NCBI GenBank assembly: GCA_046760305.1
Contig: JBHIDX010000002.1
Span: 6,750 to 70,749, forward strand
Direction of reading: 5' to 3'
DNA from: Candidatus Aminicenantales bacterium
GTDB taxonomy: Bacteria > Acidobacteriota > Aminicenantia > Aminicenantales > Aminicenantaceae
Length of the DNA stretch: 64,000 nucleotides
In this document: piece after piece, positions 29,169-38,697 of the stretch
Position numbering within the stretch: the first letter of the stretch is position 1
Layout: each line of letters opens with the position of its first letter
Program-made: the position numbers and the translations under genes
The notes under the pieces: model-generated
The model's database searches: none
Seen by the model: only the letters and a program-made list of their open reading frames with translations
What the model was told of the DNA's origin: nothing

Positions 29169-29573
29169 TTACGCTTTTCTACTCTGAAGTTCTTTGAGAG
29201 CAGCGGTTACCTGTTCTAAGCCTTCTGCCTTATCAAAGAAAAAATCAGCTCCCTCCTCCATGCATTTTTTTCTGTAGTAGGTAAAAGGATAGTTGGTTAA
29301 AACCACAATAAAAGGCCCATCCTTTTTTCTTCTAATTTTTTTAAGGACTTCAATCCCGCTTCCCCCACTGAGCTTTATATCAAGAATAACTGCATCTGGC
29401 TTTGTCCTCTCGACATCTTCAACAGCCTCCTCAACACTCTCTGCTTCTCCGACGACCTCTTTCCCTGGCAGCTCCTCAATCACGCGGATGAGCCTTTCTC
29501 GCAAAAACTTTGCATCATCCACGATAAGGATTCTCATCTCAGTTCCTCCAAACAGAGAGTATTTTATCATCAC
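29169..29573 (-). CDS. Single-domain response regulator (CheY-like)
   Basis: MRILIVDD...DAVILDIKLSGGSG...T...KP is a 134-aa receiver with no output domain. Confidence 0.8.
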   Translation of the reverse strand: MMIKYSLFGGTEMRILIVDDAKFLRERLIRVIEELPGKEVVGEAESVEEAVEDVERTKPDAVILDIKLSGGSGIEVLKKIRRKKDGPFIVVLTNYPFTYYRKKCMEEGADFFFDKAEGLEQVTAALKELQSRKA

Positions 29574-29694
29574 CCGTTGTCAATCAAAATATGGCTTTGC
29601 GGATAATAAAATGCTATCAGTGTTTTCTTAATTTCTGATAGGAATGAATGAAAGGAGGGTGTCAGAAATTTCTTACAGGAAAAATGCTTTTCTA

Positions 29695-30333
29695 TCAGTC
29701 AACAAGTTCTTTATCAAGGCAGTAACGTATGATTTCTGCGTTGGTTTTCATCTTCATTTTATCCAGAATACGAGCCCTGTAGGTGCTCACTGTTTTGGTG
29801 CTTATGAAAAGCTGGTCGGCAATCTCCTTCAGGGATTTCCCCCTGCCGATTAAACACATTACCTGGAATTCACGGTCCGAGAGCTTCTCGTGGAGAGGCT
29901 TTTCCGTATTCTCAATGAGGTCAAAAGCCAATTTTTCAGCTAGAGATGTGGTGATGTATCTTTTTCCACGTGCAATGGTGCGAATGGCTTCCACCAGCTC
30001 ATCAGCAGCGCTGGCCTTGGTGAGATAGCCCGAAGCACCTCTCTTGAGGAGGCGAAGGGCAAACCGCTCCTCAGGGTAAACACTCAGGATGAGGATTCCC
30101 ATCCCAGGCTTTTCTTTTTTCAACTCTTCCAGAATGTCCAGTCCGCTTCTTTGGGGCATGAAAATATCCAGAACGACGACATCGAAATTCTTCTTTCTCA
30201 CTTGCTCGAGCACTTCCTGGCCGGTTGATGCCTCGCCGGTGACAGTGATATCATCAACTCGGGCAAGAATTTGCTTCAATCCTTCTCTGACAACAGGATG
30301 GTCATCAGCTATAAGGACTTTCAACACTCTCAC
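29695..30333 (-). CDS. NarL/FixJ (LuxR)-family response regulator
   Basis: Receiver VLIADDHPVVREGL...DVVVLDIFMP, followed by the LuxR HTH LSDREFQVMCLIGRGKSLKEIADQLFISTKTVSTYRARI. Confidence 0.85.
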   Translation of the reverse strand: MRVLKVLIADDHPVVREGLKQILARVDDITVTGEASTGQEVLEQVRKKNFDVVVLDIFMPQRSGLDILEELKKEKPGMGILILSVYPEERFALRLLKRGASGYLTKASAADELVEAIRTIARGKRYITTSLAEKLAFDLIENTEKPLHEKLSDREFQVMCLIGRGKSLKEIADQLFISTKTVSTYRARILDKMKMKTNAEIIRYCLDKELVD

Positions 30334-31808
30334 TCGCCTTTAAAGCCCACAGGTATTTCAACCCTTACTTCTGTTCCTCTTCCAGGCCAGCCCTTGATGA
30401 CAATATGTCCCCCTGCAGCACGAGCCCTTTCCCTCATGCCGATAAGACCGAATGACCTTCGGTCATCTATCTTTTCTTCGGTTATTCCCTGGCCGTTATC
30501 CCTGACCACCAGCTCAACTTTTCCCTTTTTCTTTCTTAGAAACACTCTCACTTCTGCTGCCCGGGCATGACGGGCGACATTGGTCAGCGCTTCCTGGAAG
30601 ATGCGGAAAAGGGCAATCGATTCCTCCTTTCCAGGCTCTATTTCCTCGTTTTCAATCTTCATCAGGCACTGAATTCCACTCTTCTCCTGGAATTCCTCAG
30701 CGTAGAGCTCGAGCGCTCCCTTCAATCCAAGCTCCTCAAGAAAACCTGGCCGCAACTGGACAGATATACCCCTGACTGCTTCAAGCAGTCTGTCCACATG
30801 CCGAATCATCGACTCTTTCCTCAAAATAAGCTCTTTCTGGTCAGGGGGAAGGCTTTTTCCCAGCCAGACGAGGTCCATTCTCAGCGCTGTGAGCTGCTGG
30901 CTTAGCTCATCATGGAGTTCGCGAGCGATGGCTGTCCTCTCTTCTTCTCTTGCGGCCTGAAGATAGGCGGCAAAATCGCGCATTTCTCTCTCAGAACTCA
31001 CCAGACGCTCTTCCCTTAACTTACGTTCGGTGATATCCATCAGAGTTCCGATTACAGCCGGCCTTCCCCTGAAGACAGTCCTCGATCCAAACACTTCTAC
31101 AAAAATGAGTGATTTATCCTTTTTTATGCCTCTGAAGTCATATTTTACTGACTCTACCTCCCCCTCAAGCCGCCTTCGGTAATTTTCCATGACAATCGGC
31201 CAGTCTTCGGGATGTGTCAGCTCCTCTGGCCCCATTTTCTCTGTAAGCTCTTCCACACTATATCCGAAAATCTCTGCCAGCTTGGGGTTGACATACCTGA
31301 AAATATTATCCTGGACAAGATAAACACCAACTAGCGCCTTCTCTGCCAGGTCCATTAATTCTTTCCTCGTTTCTTCGAGTCTCTCTTCGGTAAGTTTCAG
31401 CTCGGTAATATCCTCAACGCTTCCTTCAAAGTAGAGAACTTCATTTTCAGGGCCACGGATAAGACGCATATTCTCCCTGAGGTAGATTTCTTTACCATCC
31501 TTTCTGGGCCATCTGGTTTCCAGGCCTGAAATCATTTTCTTCCCTTTTATCATTTTCTGGAATTCAGGCTGCTCATACCTCCTGGCCACCCATCTTTCTC
31601 TCCTGTTCCACTCTTTGAGCTCATCGAAGGAAGAGCATCCCATCATGGCGATGAAGGCTTTGTTGGCCATGATGATGTCTCCCTCTGCTGTTGCCCGGTA
31701 AAAACCGACCACACTCTCTTCGATTAAAGAACGGTACTGCTCTTCGGACTGTTCCCTGAGGCGCAAAAAAGCTTTTATCCGGCTCAGAAGCTCAGCAGCC
31801 CTTCTCAT
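30330..31808 (-). CDS. PAS-domain sensor histidine kinase (HisKA_3/NarX-type)
   Basis: Two PAS-like regions, the H-box ELHDELSQQLTAL (HisKA_3) and the HATPase_c motifs (DNGQGI; GLIGMRERA). It overlaps the LuxR response-regulator gene by 4 nt. Confidence 0.8.
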   Translation of the reverse strand: MRRAAELLSRIKAFLRLREQSEEQYRSLIEESVVGFYRATAEGDIIMANKAFIAMMGCSSFDELKEWNRRERWVARRYEQPEFQKMIKGKKMISGLETRWPRKDGKEIYLRENMRLIRGPENEVLYFEGSVEDITELKLTEERLEETRKELMDLAEKALVGVYLVQDNIFRYVNPKLAEIFGYSVEELTEKMGPEELTHPEDWPIVMENYRRRLEGEVESVKYDFRGIKKDKSLIFVEVFGSRTVFRGRPAVIGTLMDITERKLREERLVSSEREMRDFAAYLQAAREEERTAIARELHDELSQQLTALRMDLVWLGKSLPPDQKELILRKESMIRHVDRLLEAVRGISVQLRPGFLEELGLKGALELYAEEFQEKSGIQCLMKIENEEIEPGKEESIALFRIFQEALTNVARHARAAEVRVFLRKKKGKVELVVRDNGQGITEEKIDDRRSFGLIGMRERARAAGGHIVIKGWPGRGTEVRVEIPVGFKGE

Positions 31809-31931
31809 AAACCTTCCTTACTCCTCTTCTCTTCGCCTTCTCAGAGGAGTTCCTCCTAGAAGAACCAGAGGAGGGCTCTTCTGGGAATTTCAATTTTTTC
31901 GGGAGAGAAATTCTTAACCACGCTTCCCTCC

Positions 31932-31980
31932 TTTTGAAAATAAAAGAGATGGCCTAAAATAAAAAATATTCCCATCTCTT
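31932..31980 (-). terminator. Putative intrinsic terminator after the HD-GYP gene (minus strand)
   Basis: AAGAGATGG (31944-31952) and CCATCTCTT (31972-31980) form an inverted repeat with a 19-nt loop. On the minus strand the stem is followed by UUAUUUUC, which is the complement of 31932-31943. Confidence 0.45.
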
Positions 31981-32094
31981 GTTGATATGATTACATACTT
32001 TACAGATTTTATGAAGCTTTTTCTCCCTTTATTTGAAATTAACTTTAACTCTCCCCCGCCAGAAACATATACAGAGTTTGTTCCTCCCTGAAAA

Positions 32095-33045
32095 TCAATG
32101 AGTTAGTATTGAATAACGGAAGCCGAACGGCTCTCCCTTCATCCTTTCCATTTCTTCAACCGGCACCAGAAGCAGGGTGTTGACCAGAACAGGATCGAAT
32201 TGGGTTCCGCTGTGTCTCTCAATCTCTTCCAGAGCCTGGTCAAAACTCCCACCCTTTCTGTAGGGCCTGTCAGAGGTAATGGCATCCAGCGTATCTGCTA
32301 GGGCAAAAATTCTTGCCTCGAGGGGAATTCCCTCTCCTTCCAGACCGTAAGGATATCCTTTTCCGTCAAAGCGCTCGTGGTGGTAGAGAACAACCTGAGC
32401 AGCTTTCCTTAAAAAATCATATTCGCCTATCAGCTCATAGCCGAGATAAGGATGCTCTTCAACGATTTTTCTTTCAGCCATGTTCAGGTGCCCGGGTTTT
32501 CTAAGGATTGACTCGGGAATGCCAATCTTGCCGATATCATGGAGCAGAGCCCCTCTTTCAAGATTAATCAGGAAATCCACATCATCAATACCTACTGATT
32601 TGGCCAGGAGAAGCGAATAGCGGGCAACGAGGAGAGAATGACCGATAGTATCCTCATGTTTATCAGTCAGGGCAATGATGTTGAGCAGGTTATCGTTAAG
32701 AAACCTCTGTTTCTCAAAAAGCTCATCCCAGGAGCGCGAATTCTCCTCGATGAAAGTCCGCTTAAAGCTCCTTTCCAGGTTCTTCAGATATCCCCGGGCT
32801 GAGGCCACTTTCTCTGCTGAATAGAGTGATGACCTCAGAGTCTTCTCGAGAGATAAACCCATCGCCTTCAGACATTCTGTATCGATAAAGCTTAAAGGGG
32901 CATTGAAGCTCTTTATTCCTACGGAGATTTCTTCCTCGCCATAGGAAAAGGGGAAATCTAACGCTTCCTGGTTTTGAAAATCCTCAATGCCCCCGAAAGC
33001 TTCTGCTTTAAGTTCATCTTTGGTTCTCAGTTTCAGGCTCTTCAT
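32095..33045 (-). CDS. HD-GYP domain phosphohydrolase with an N-terminal domain of unknown function
   Basis: LHDIGKIGIP and HHERFDGKGYPYGL are the HD-GYP signatures. About 130 aa of N-terminal sequence has no recognisable motif. Confidence 0.8.
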   Translation of the reverse strand: MKSLKLRTKDELKAEAFGGIEDFQNQEALDFPFSYGEEEISVGIKSFNAPLSFIDTECLKAMGLSLEKTLRSSLYSAEKVASARGYLKNLERSFKRTFIEENSRSWDELFEKQRFLNDNLLNIIALTDKHEDTIGHSLLVARYSLLLAKSVGIDDVDFLINLERGALLHDIGKIGIPESILRKPGHLNMAERKIVEEHPYLGYELIGEYDFLRKAAQVVLYHHERFDGKGYPYGLEGEGIPLEARIFALADTLDAITSDRPYRKGGSFDQALEEIERHSGTQFDPVLVNTLLLVPVEEMERMKGEPFGFRYSILTH

Positions 33046-33158
33046 CGATTTTTTCTCTCCTTTATCATTTTAGTCATTTTTATCATGCTCACTTTTTTAG
33101 TCGAGCTCATAAGGAAAAAATTGAATTTTTTTCACAATTTTTATAATATCCGAGTCGC

Positions 33159-33650
33159 ATGACCAGAGAAATCGACCTCGAAGAGCTTGTTTCCAGGTAC
33201 AGGCCGGTCATCGGCTTCAAGGTAAAGAAAGCACTCGGCTACAGAAATCCCGAATGGGAAGATGTGACCAATGAAATTCTGACCAATGTCATGGAGAAAA
33301 TAAAGAAAGGAGAGTTCAGGGGAGAGTCTTCGGTGGGCACATTCATATATACTATAGCCAGGCGCCGCATTATCGACTATATCAGGGAAAAAGGGAAAAT
33401 ACTCGAATACACGCCACAGCCAGCAGATTTTCCTCAACCAGACGAAGTCGTCGAAAACAGAGAGAGAGCAGAAATGCTGGCCGAGGCCATTAAAAAACTC
33501 AAACCAAAATACAGAGAAGTCCTCTACCTTTATTATTATAAGGAGATGTCCCGCCAGGAAGTTGCCCGGAAGCTGGGTATCACACCAGCAAGGGTGAGCG
33601 AACGTGTCGATTACGCTCAAAAACTTTTGAAAAAAATTCTGAAAAAATGA
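33159..33650 (+). CDS. ECF-subfamily RNA polymerase sigma-70 factor
   Basis: Region 2-like YTIARRRIIDYIRE and region 4 HTH SRQEVARKLGITPARVSERVDYAQKKL; 163 aa. Confidence 0.8.
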   Translation: MTREIDLEELVSRYRPVIGFKVKKALGYRNPEWEDVTNEILTNVMEKIKKGEFRGESSVGTFIYTIARRRIIDYIREKGKILEYTPQPADFPQPDEVVENRERAEMLAEAIKKLKPKYREVLYLYYYKEMSRQEVARKLGITPARVSERVDYAQKLLKKILKK

Positions 33651-33716
33651 TTTTTTTTTCCATTTTTTTTCCCCATCTCCGACTAAATCGATGAAACGAA
33701 AAAACGGAGAACAGCG

Positions 33717-34373
33717 ATGAGAAAATGCAAGTTCGAAGCCATGATTGATGATTACCTGATGAATCATCTAAGTGAAGAAGAAAAGGAGAAATACGAGGAG
33801 CACTATTTTAACTGCGCGCAATGCTTTGAAAAGATGGAAGAAAGAGCTGAACTCATTTATGTGGTCAAGAGTAAGGGGGATATGATTTTCGAAGAAGAGC
33901 GTCACAAAGAAAGACAGAAGGTCTTCTCTTTGGACCGGATTTTCTCCTCCCTCACTATCAGGCAGTGGGCCTATGCCACAGCAGCTGTAGCGCTTATGCT
34001 TGTCGTCTTTCTGGCTGTTCTTCCTGTGCTGAGAAAACCATCACCTCAATTCACCCTGGAAGAGACCAGTGTTTTAAGGGGAGAGGTGGTTACACTCCTT
34101 TCACCTCTGGGAATGGTTGAAAGAGTGCCTTCACGGTTCAGTTGGAAAAAAGTCGAAGGCGCTTCTGAGTACAGACTCTACCTTTACGCAGGGGACAAAG
34201 TGCTGTGGAAAACTTCAACAGAAGAAAAAACTGCTGCTCTTCTTCCCCCGGAAATTGTTAAAAAGATAGATTCAGGCAAGCCTTACACCTGGAAGGTCAA
34301 GGCCTTCTCCTCCAGGGGAACACTTATGGCCGCTTCGAGCAAAAATCAATTCACCGTGTTCCCAAAACAATAA
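33717..34373 (+). CDS. Putative zinc-binding anti-sigma factor (ZAS-type) with one transmembrane helix and a periplasmic C-terminal domain
   Basis: HxxxCxxC motif (HYFNCAQC), a central hydrophobic helix (WAYATAAVALMLVVFLAVLPVL), and a position directly downstream of the ECF sigma gene. Confidence 0.55.
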   Translation: MRKCKFEAMIDDYLMNHLSEEEKEKYEEHYFNCAQCFEKMEERAELIYVVKSKGDMIFEEERHKERQKVFSLDRIFSSLTIRQWAYATAAVALMLVVFLAVLPVLRKPSPQFTLEETSVLRGEVVTLLSPLGMVERVPSRFSWKKVEGASEYRLYLYAGDKVLWKTSTEEKTAALLPPEIVKKIDSGKPYTWKVKAFSSRGTLMAASSKNQFTVFPKQ

Positions 34374-34404
34374 GAAGGGATGTTCTCCAGCGGAACATCC
34401 CTTC

Positions 34405-35085
34405 TTAATCCTCCTCCACTGCTTCCTCTTCGGTGTACATCCTGCCCCTGCTTTCCTCCTCGAAAGTGAGGCAGCACATCAGTCTTCCGCATAATCCTGA
34501 TATTTTTGTCGGATTTATGGCAATCTGCTGCTTCTTTGCCTTCTGGATGGTAACTGGTTCAAAGTTTTTCATAAAACTGAAACAGCAAAGCGAGCGGCCA
34601 CAAACTCCCAGACCCCCGACCATTTTCGTCTCATCCCTAACTCCGATCTGTCTCATCTCTATCCTCATTTTGAATTCCTTGGCCAGGTCCTTGACAAGCT
34701 GCCTGAAGTCAATCCTTCCATCAGCAGTGTAATAGAAAATCCCTTTTTTTTCGTTGAAAAAATAGCTGACCTTAACCAGTTTCATCGGCAGGCGGCGCTC
34801 CTTTATTCTCTTCAGACAGAAGGCAAATGCCTTCTCCTCCTTCTTCTTCAGCCACCTGAATTTGTCTATATCCTCTTCAGTAGCCTTCCTTATAACCTTC
34901 ACCGCCTTCTTGAGTATCTTCTTATGCCTGCAGACCTCGCTTGAATTATCCACAACGAGGGCCAGGTCGCCCCCTAGTTCAGATTCGATAAGACAGTAAT
35001 CACCGCGCTCCAGCTTTTCCTTTTTGACCTCAGCTTTTACTATTTTGCCCGTCCTTTCGGAAAGCACACACACTATCTCAGACAT
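34405..35085 (-). CDS. ricT: PSP1 C-terminal domain protein (RicT/YaaT family)
   Basis: Conserved PSP1 block YYTADGRIDFRQLVKDLAKEFKMRIEMRQIGVRDETKMVGGLGVCGRSLCC. Conserved neighbourhood with holB. The start was re-called to MSEIVCVL. Confidence 0.7.
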   Translation of the reverse strand: MSEIVCVLSERTGKIVKAEVKKEKLERGDYCLIESELGGDLALVVDNSSEVCRHKKILKKAVKVIRKATEEDIDKFRWLKKKEEKAFAFCLKRIKERRLPMKLVKVSYFFNEKKGIFYYTADGRIDFRQLVKDLAKEFKMRIEMRQIGVRDETKMVGGLGVCGRSLCCFSFMKNFEPVTIQKAKKQQIAINPTKISGLCGRLMCCLTFEEESRGRMYTEEEAVEED

Positions 35086-36070
35086 TTTCACCTTCCAGAA
35101 AGTTGGAATAAAAATAAGAAACAAGCAGGTTAACATTCACGTTTCTGTTCAGGGCATGGATGGCAAAGTCAATTTGCTTCAGCGCTTCTGTCATCTGTTC
35201 GAGAGAGAAGTCTCTCTCTTCCCTCCCGATTTCGGTCTCTAAATCCGGGTTGAGGAGATGACTCCTCTCTCCCCCTTCCTTAACCAGTATAAAATCCCGG
35301 CAAAAGGAGGAAAAAAAGTCAAAGAGCTCCTCCAGTTCATCTCTCTGGATACGCTTTCTCCCTGAAGTGTAGTTCTCCACAAGAGATGAAATATCCTCCC
35401 TGTGAAGCAGGCTGAGAAAGTGGGTCCAGGCCTCTTTTCTCCGGCGCTGAACATCTTCCCACTCCAGACTCAGTGCCTTCTCCAGATTACCGCGTACGAT
35501 GAGCGAGATGAGCTGAGCCTGCTCCTTTTCGTAGCCTCTATCATTCAGTATTTTTTCTATTTCCTCTTTCGATATCCTGGAAAAAGCAAGGATCTGACAC
35601 CTAGATTTTACGGTTGGAAGAATCAAATAGGGGTTTGAGGTGATGAGAATGATGTGAGTAAAAGGCGGTGGCTCCTCGAGGATCTTGAGGAGAGAATTCT
35701 GTGCCTCCTCGTTCATCTTATGCGCATCAACGATAATAAACACTCTCCTCTTACCGACCATGGGCTTCATATGTGCCATTTGCTTGACCATTCTTATCTG
35801 GTCAATTTTTATCACGCTCGCAGGAGCTTCGACAAGCATCACATCGGGAAAATTCCCCTGCTCTATGGCCACACAGGAAAGACATGAATCGCAGGAGTCT
35901 TCTTCCTTTCTTAAGCAGTTTAAGGCCTTGGCCAGAACGAGTGCTGTGGCCTTCTTACCCACTCCCTCGGGCCCGGTGAAAAGCATAGAATTGGGAACTC
36001 TTTTCCTCTCCAGAGCTTTCGCCAGAATCTTCTTTACTCTGGGATTGCCTGCAATATCAACAAAGCTCAT
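35078..36070 (-). CDS. holB: DNA polymerase III delta' subunit
   Basis: AAA+ P-loop-like GPEGVGKKATALVLAKALNC and a Zn-module-like region C...C..C. The start was re-called to the ATG at 36070, which overlaps the uvrA stop in an ATGA arrangement. Confidence 0.75.
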   Translation of the reverse strand: MSFVDIAGNPRVKKILAKALERKRVPNSMLFTGPEGVGKKATALVLAKALNCLRKEEDSCDSCLSCVAIEQGNFPDVMLVEAPASVIKIDQIRMVKQMAHMKPMVGKRRVFIIVDAHKMNEEAQNSLLKILEEPPPFTHIILITSNPYLILPTVKSRCQILAFSRISKEEIEKILNDRGYEKEQAQLISLIVRGNLEKALSLEWEDVQRRRKEAWTHFLSLLHREDISSLVENYTSGRKRIQRDELEELFDFFSSFCRDFILVKEGGERSHLLNPDLETEIGREERDFSLEQMTEALKQIDFAIHALNRNVNVNLLVSYFYSNFLEGENV

Positions 36071-38583
36071 CTCTTCATCTCCTTTGACCATGAGAGCGCC
36101 TTCACCAGAAACTTTGCGGTGTATGATTTTTTTTCCCGGGCTACTTGCTCTGGAGTTCCCTGGGCAACAATCCATCCTCCCTCCTCTCCTCCTTCCGGGC
36201 CAAGGTCAATAATATAATCTGAATACTTGATCACTTCAAGATTATGCTCGATAACAACCACCGTGTTTCCCAAGTTCACCAGCTCAGAAAGGAGCACAAG
36301 GAGCTTGCGTACGTCGTCAAAATGAAGTCCGGTGGTTGGTTCATCTAAAAGATATAGGGTTTTTCCTGTACCCTTCCTCCCCAGCTCACGGGTGAGTTTG
36401 ATCCTCTGCGCCTCTCCTCCAGAAAGTGTTGGTGCTGGCTGGCCGAGTCTGATGTAGCCCAGCCCTACTTTTTTCAGGGTGGAAAGCTTCCTCTTGAGCA
36501 TAGGATGAGCTTTCAGGTATTCGTAGGATTCATCGACAGTCATGGCCAGAAAATCCGCAATGTTTTTTCCCCTGTAGAGCACTGAAAGAGTCTCCCTGTT
36601 GTAGCGCTTTCCCTGGCAACGGTCACAGGTGACAAAAACATCGGGGAGAAAATGCATTTCTATCTTCTTTACTCCCGCACCCCTGCATTCCTCGCATCTT
36701 CCTCCCTGGAGATTGAAACTGAAGCGACTGGCTGAATAACCGCGTATCCTTGCTTCTGTGGTGGAGGCAAAAAGCTGCCTCAGGGGGGTGAAAAGACCGG
36801 TGTAGGTTGAGGGATTTGATCTCGGGGTGCGACCGATGGGCTTCTGGTCGACTGAGATTACCTTGTCAATCTGCTCCACGCCCAGAATTGTTTCATGCTT
36901 TCCGGGCTTCTGACTGCCCCTGTAAAGCGTTTTCACCAGGGCCCTGTAGAGGATATCATAGATAAGAGTGCTCTTGCCTGAACCTGAAACTCCTGTGACA
37001 CAGGTCATTACCGAGAGGGGAAGACGAACGTCTATTTCCTTCAGGTTGTGTTCGCCTGCCTTCAAGACTGTCAGCCATCCTTTCGGTCTCCGTCTTCTTG
37101 AAGGAACAGGAATTTTCTTCTCCCCCTTCAGGTACTGAGCGGTGAGAGAATAAGGAGAGGAAAGAATGGCCTGGGGATTCCCTTCAGCCACCTTGAACCC
37201 ACCGCTCTCTCCTGCTCCCGGACCGAGGTCAAGGATGTGGTCAGCAGAGCGGATTGTCTGTTCATCATGCTCAACAACGATGATTGAATTGCCATGGTCT
37301 CTTATATCTCGAAGAAGAGAAATAAGCCTCCTGTTATCGCGCTGGTGAAGACCTATGGTTGGCTCATCGAGCACGTATAGAATCCCCCGCAGCCTGGAAC
37401 CAACCTGAGCTGCGAGCCGAACGCGCTGTGCTTCTCCGCCTGAGAGAGAACCAGTGGTACGGTTGAGGTGCAGGTAAGGGAGTCCGAGTTCAACCATGAC
37501 TTCAAGGCGGGAGAAAACCTCTTTCATAATTTTTGAGGAAACAGCGGCCTGGGAGTCCGTCCATTTAAAGCTTGAAAGCACCTCCATTAAGCGGCTGACA
37601 GGAACTGAGCTCAGACTATAAATGGAATGACCTCCTATTGTGACTGCCAGACTTTCCTTTCTCAGCCTGCTCCCTCCACAGACCTCACACATTTCCCCGC
37701 TGAGCTCAAGCTCGCCCTCAGAGTTTATGATTGTCATGTAGCCCAGACCGTGGCAACTTGGACAGGCACCGTATGGACTGTTGAAAGAGAAATTGCGCGG
37801 CTCAAGCTCTGAAAGGCTCAACTCACAGTTGGGGCAGAGAAGCTTGAGCGAATAATGAGCCTCTCTCCCGGAAGCAACAGCCACAAGTTCACCCCCGGCC
37901 ATCTCAAGCGCCCTCTCAACCGCTTCCTTGAGACGCGCTGATGAGCCTGAAGAAATGTTGAACTCATCTATGAGCACCTCTATGTGGTGGATTTTTGTTT
38001 TTTCGAGGGAAATCTGTTCTTCAAGCTCTCTGAGCTTGCCATCCACTCTGACACGGAGAAAACCCTTTTTCCTCAGCCTTTCAAACAACCGCTGGTACTC
38101 CCCTTTCCGGCCGCGGACAAGAGGGGAGTATATCTTCACCTCTTGCCCGGCAAAAGTTTCAACGATTCTCTTCCTTATCTGGCCTTCAGTCTGAGAGCTT
38201 ACTTCCCGGCCGCACTGAGGGCAGTGAGGGATGCCCACTCGGGCAAAGAGGAGGCGAAGTAAATCATAAATTTCTGTTACTGTTCCAACAGTTGACCTGG
38301 GGTTGGTGGAGATTGTCTTCTGGTCGATGGAGATAGAAGGAGAAATTCCCTCTATCGACTCAACCTCTGGTTTTTCAAGCTGTTCTATGTACTGCCGGGC
38401 ATAAGCTGAGAGGCATTCTATGTAACGGCGCTGACCTTCGGCAAAAAGAGTATCGAAAGCGAGCGAGCTTTTGCCCGAACCACTCGGCCCAGTGATGACA
38501 ATAAGCTTGTTCCTGGGGAGACCGACATCTATCCTCTTCAGGTTGTGCTGGGAAGCTCCTTTAACCACTATCTTATCAAGCAT
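36067..38583 (-). CDS. uvrA: Excinuclease ABC subunit A. It is 838 aa and appears to lack the insertion domain.
   Basis: Two ABC ATPase modules (GPSGSGKSS, GVSGSGKST; the LSGGE signatures), Zn-module cysteines CPQC, CPNC, CPSC and CEVC, and a UvrB-binding-domain-like segment. Confidence 0.9.
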   Translation of the reverse strand: MLDKIVVKGASQHNLKRIDVGLPRNKLIVITGPSGSGKSSLAFDTLFAEGQRRYIECLSAYARQYIEQLEKPEVESIEGISPSISIDQKTISTNPRSTVGTVTEIYDLLRLLFARVGIPHCPQCGREVSSQTEGQIRKRIVETFAGQEVKIYSPLVRGRKGEYQRLFERLRKKGFLRVRVDGKLRELEEQISLEKTKIHHIEVLIDEFNISSGSSARLKEAVERALEMAGGELVAVASGREAHYSLKLLCPNCELSLSELEPRNFSFNSPYGACPSCHGLGYMTIINSEGELELSGEMCEVCGGSRLRKESLAVTIGGHSIYSLSSVPVSRLMEVLSSFKWTDSQAAVSSKIMKEVFSRLEVMVELGLPYLHLNRTTGSLSGGEAQRVRLAAQVGSRLRGILYVLDEPTIGLHQRDNRRLISLLRDIRDHGNSIIVVEHDEQTIRSADHILDLGPGAGESGGFKVAEGNPQAILSSPYSLTAQYLKGEKKIPVPSRRRRPKGWLTVLKAGEHNLKEIDVRLPLSVMTCVTGVSGSGKSTLIYDILYRALVKTLYRGSQKPGKHETILGVEQIDKVISVDQKPIGRTPRSNPSTYTGLFTPLRQLFASTTEARIRGYSASRFSFNLQGGRCEECRGAGVKKIEMHFLPDVFVTCDRCQGKRYNRETLSVLYRGKNIADFLAMTVDESYEYLKAHPMLKRKLSTLKKVGLGYIRLGQPAPTLSGGEAQRIKLTRELGRKGTGKTLYLLDEPTTGLHFDDVRKLLVLLSELVNLGNTVVVIEHNLEVIKYSDYIIDLGPEGGEEGGWIVAQGTPEQVAREKKSYTAKFLVKALSWSKEMKR

Positions 38584-38697
38584 ACTGCTATTTTATCCTT
38601 TTGGCTTCAAGGAGACAAGAAGAGGAAAAAGAGGGTCATCAATTACTGCCATGGGTGCTGATTGAGGATAGCTCTTCATCGAGTAATTTGATAACAT

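Noticed and set aside
33141-33767. 208-aa minus-strand ORF overlapping the ECF sigma factor gene
   Set aside because: Antisense shadow ORF. The plus-strand ECF sigma (regions 2 and 4) is clearly real.
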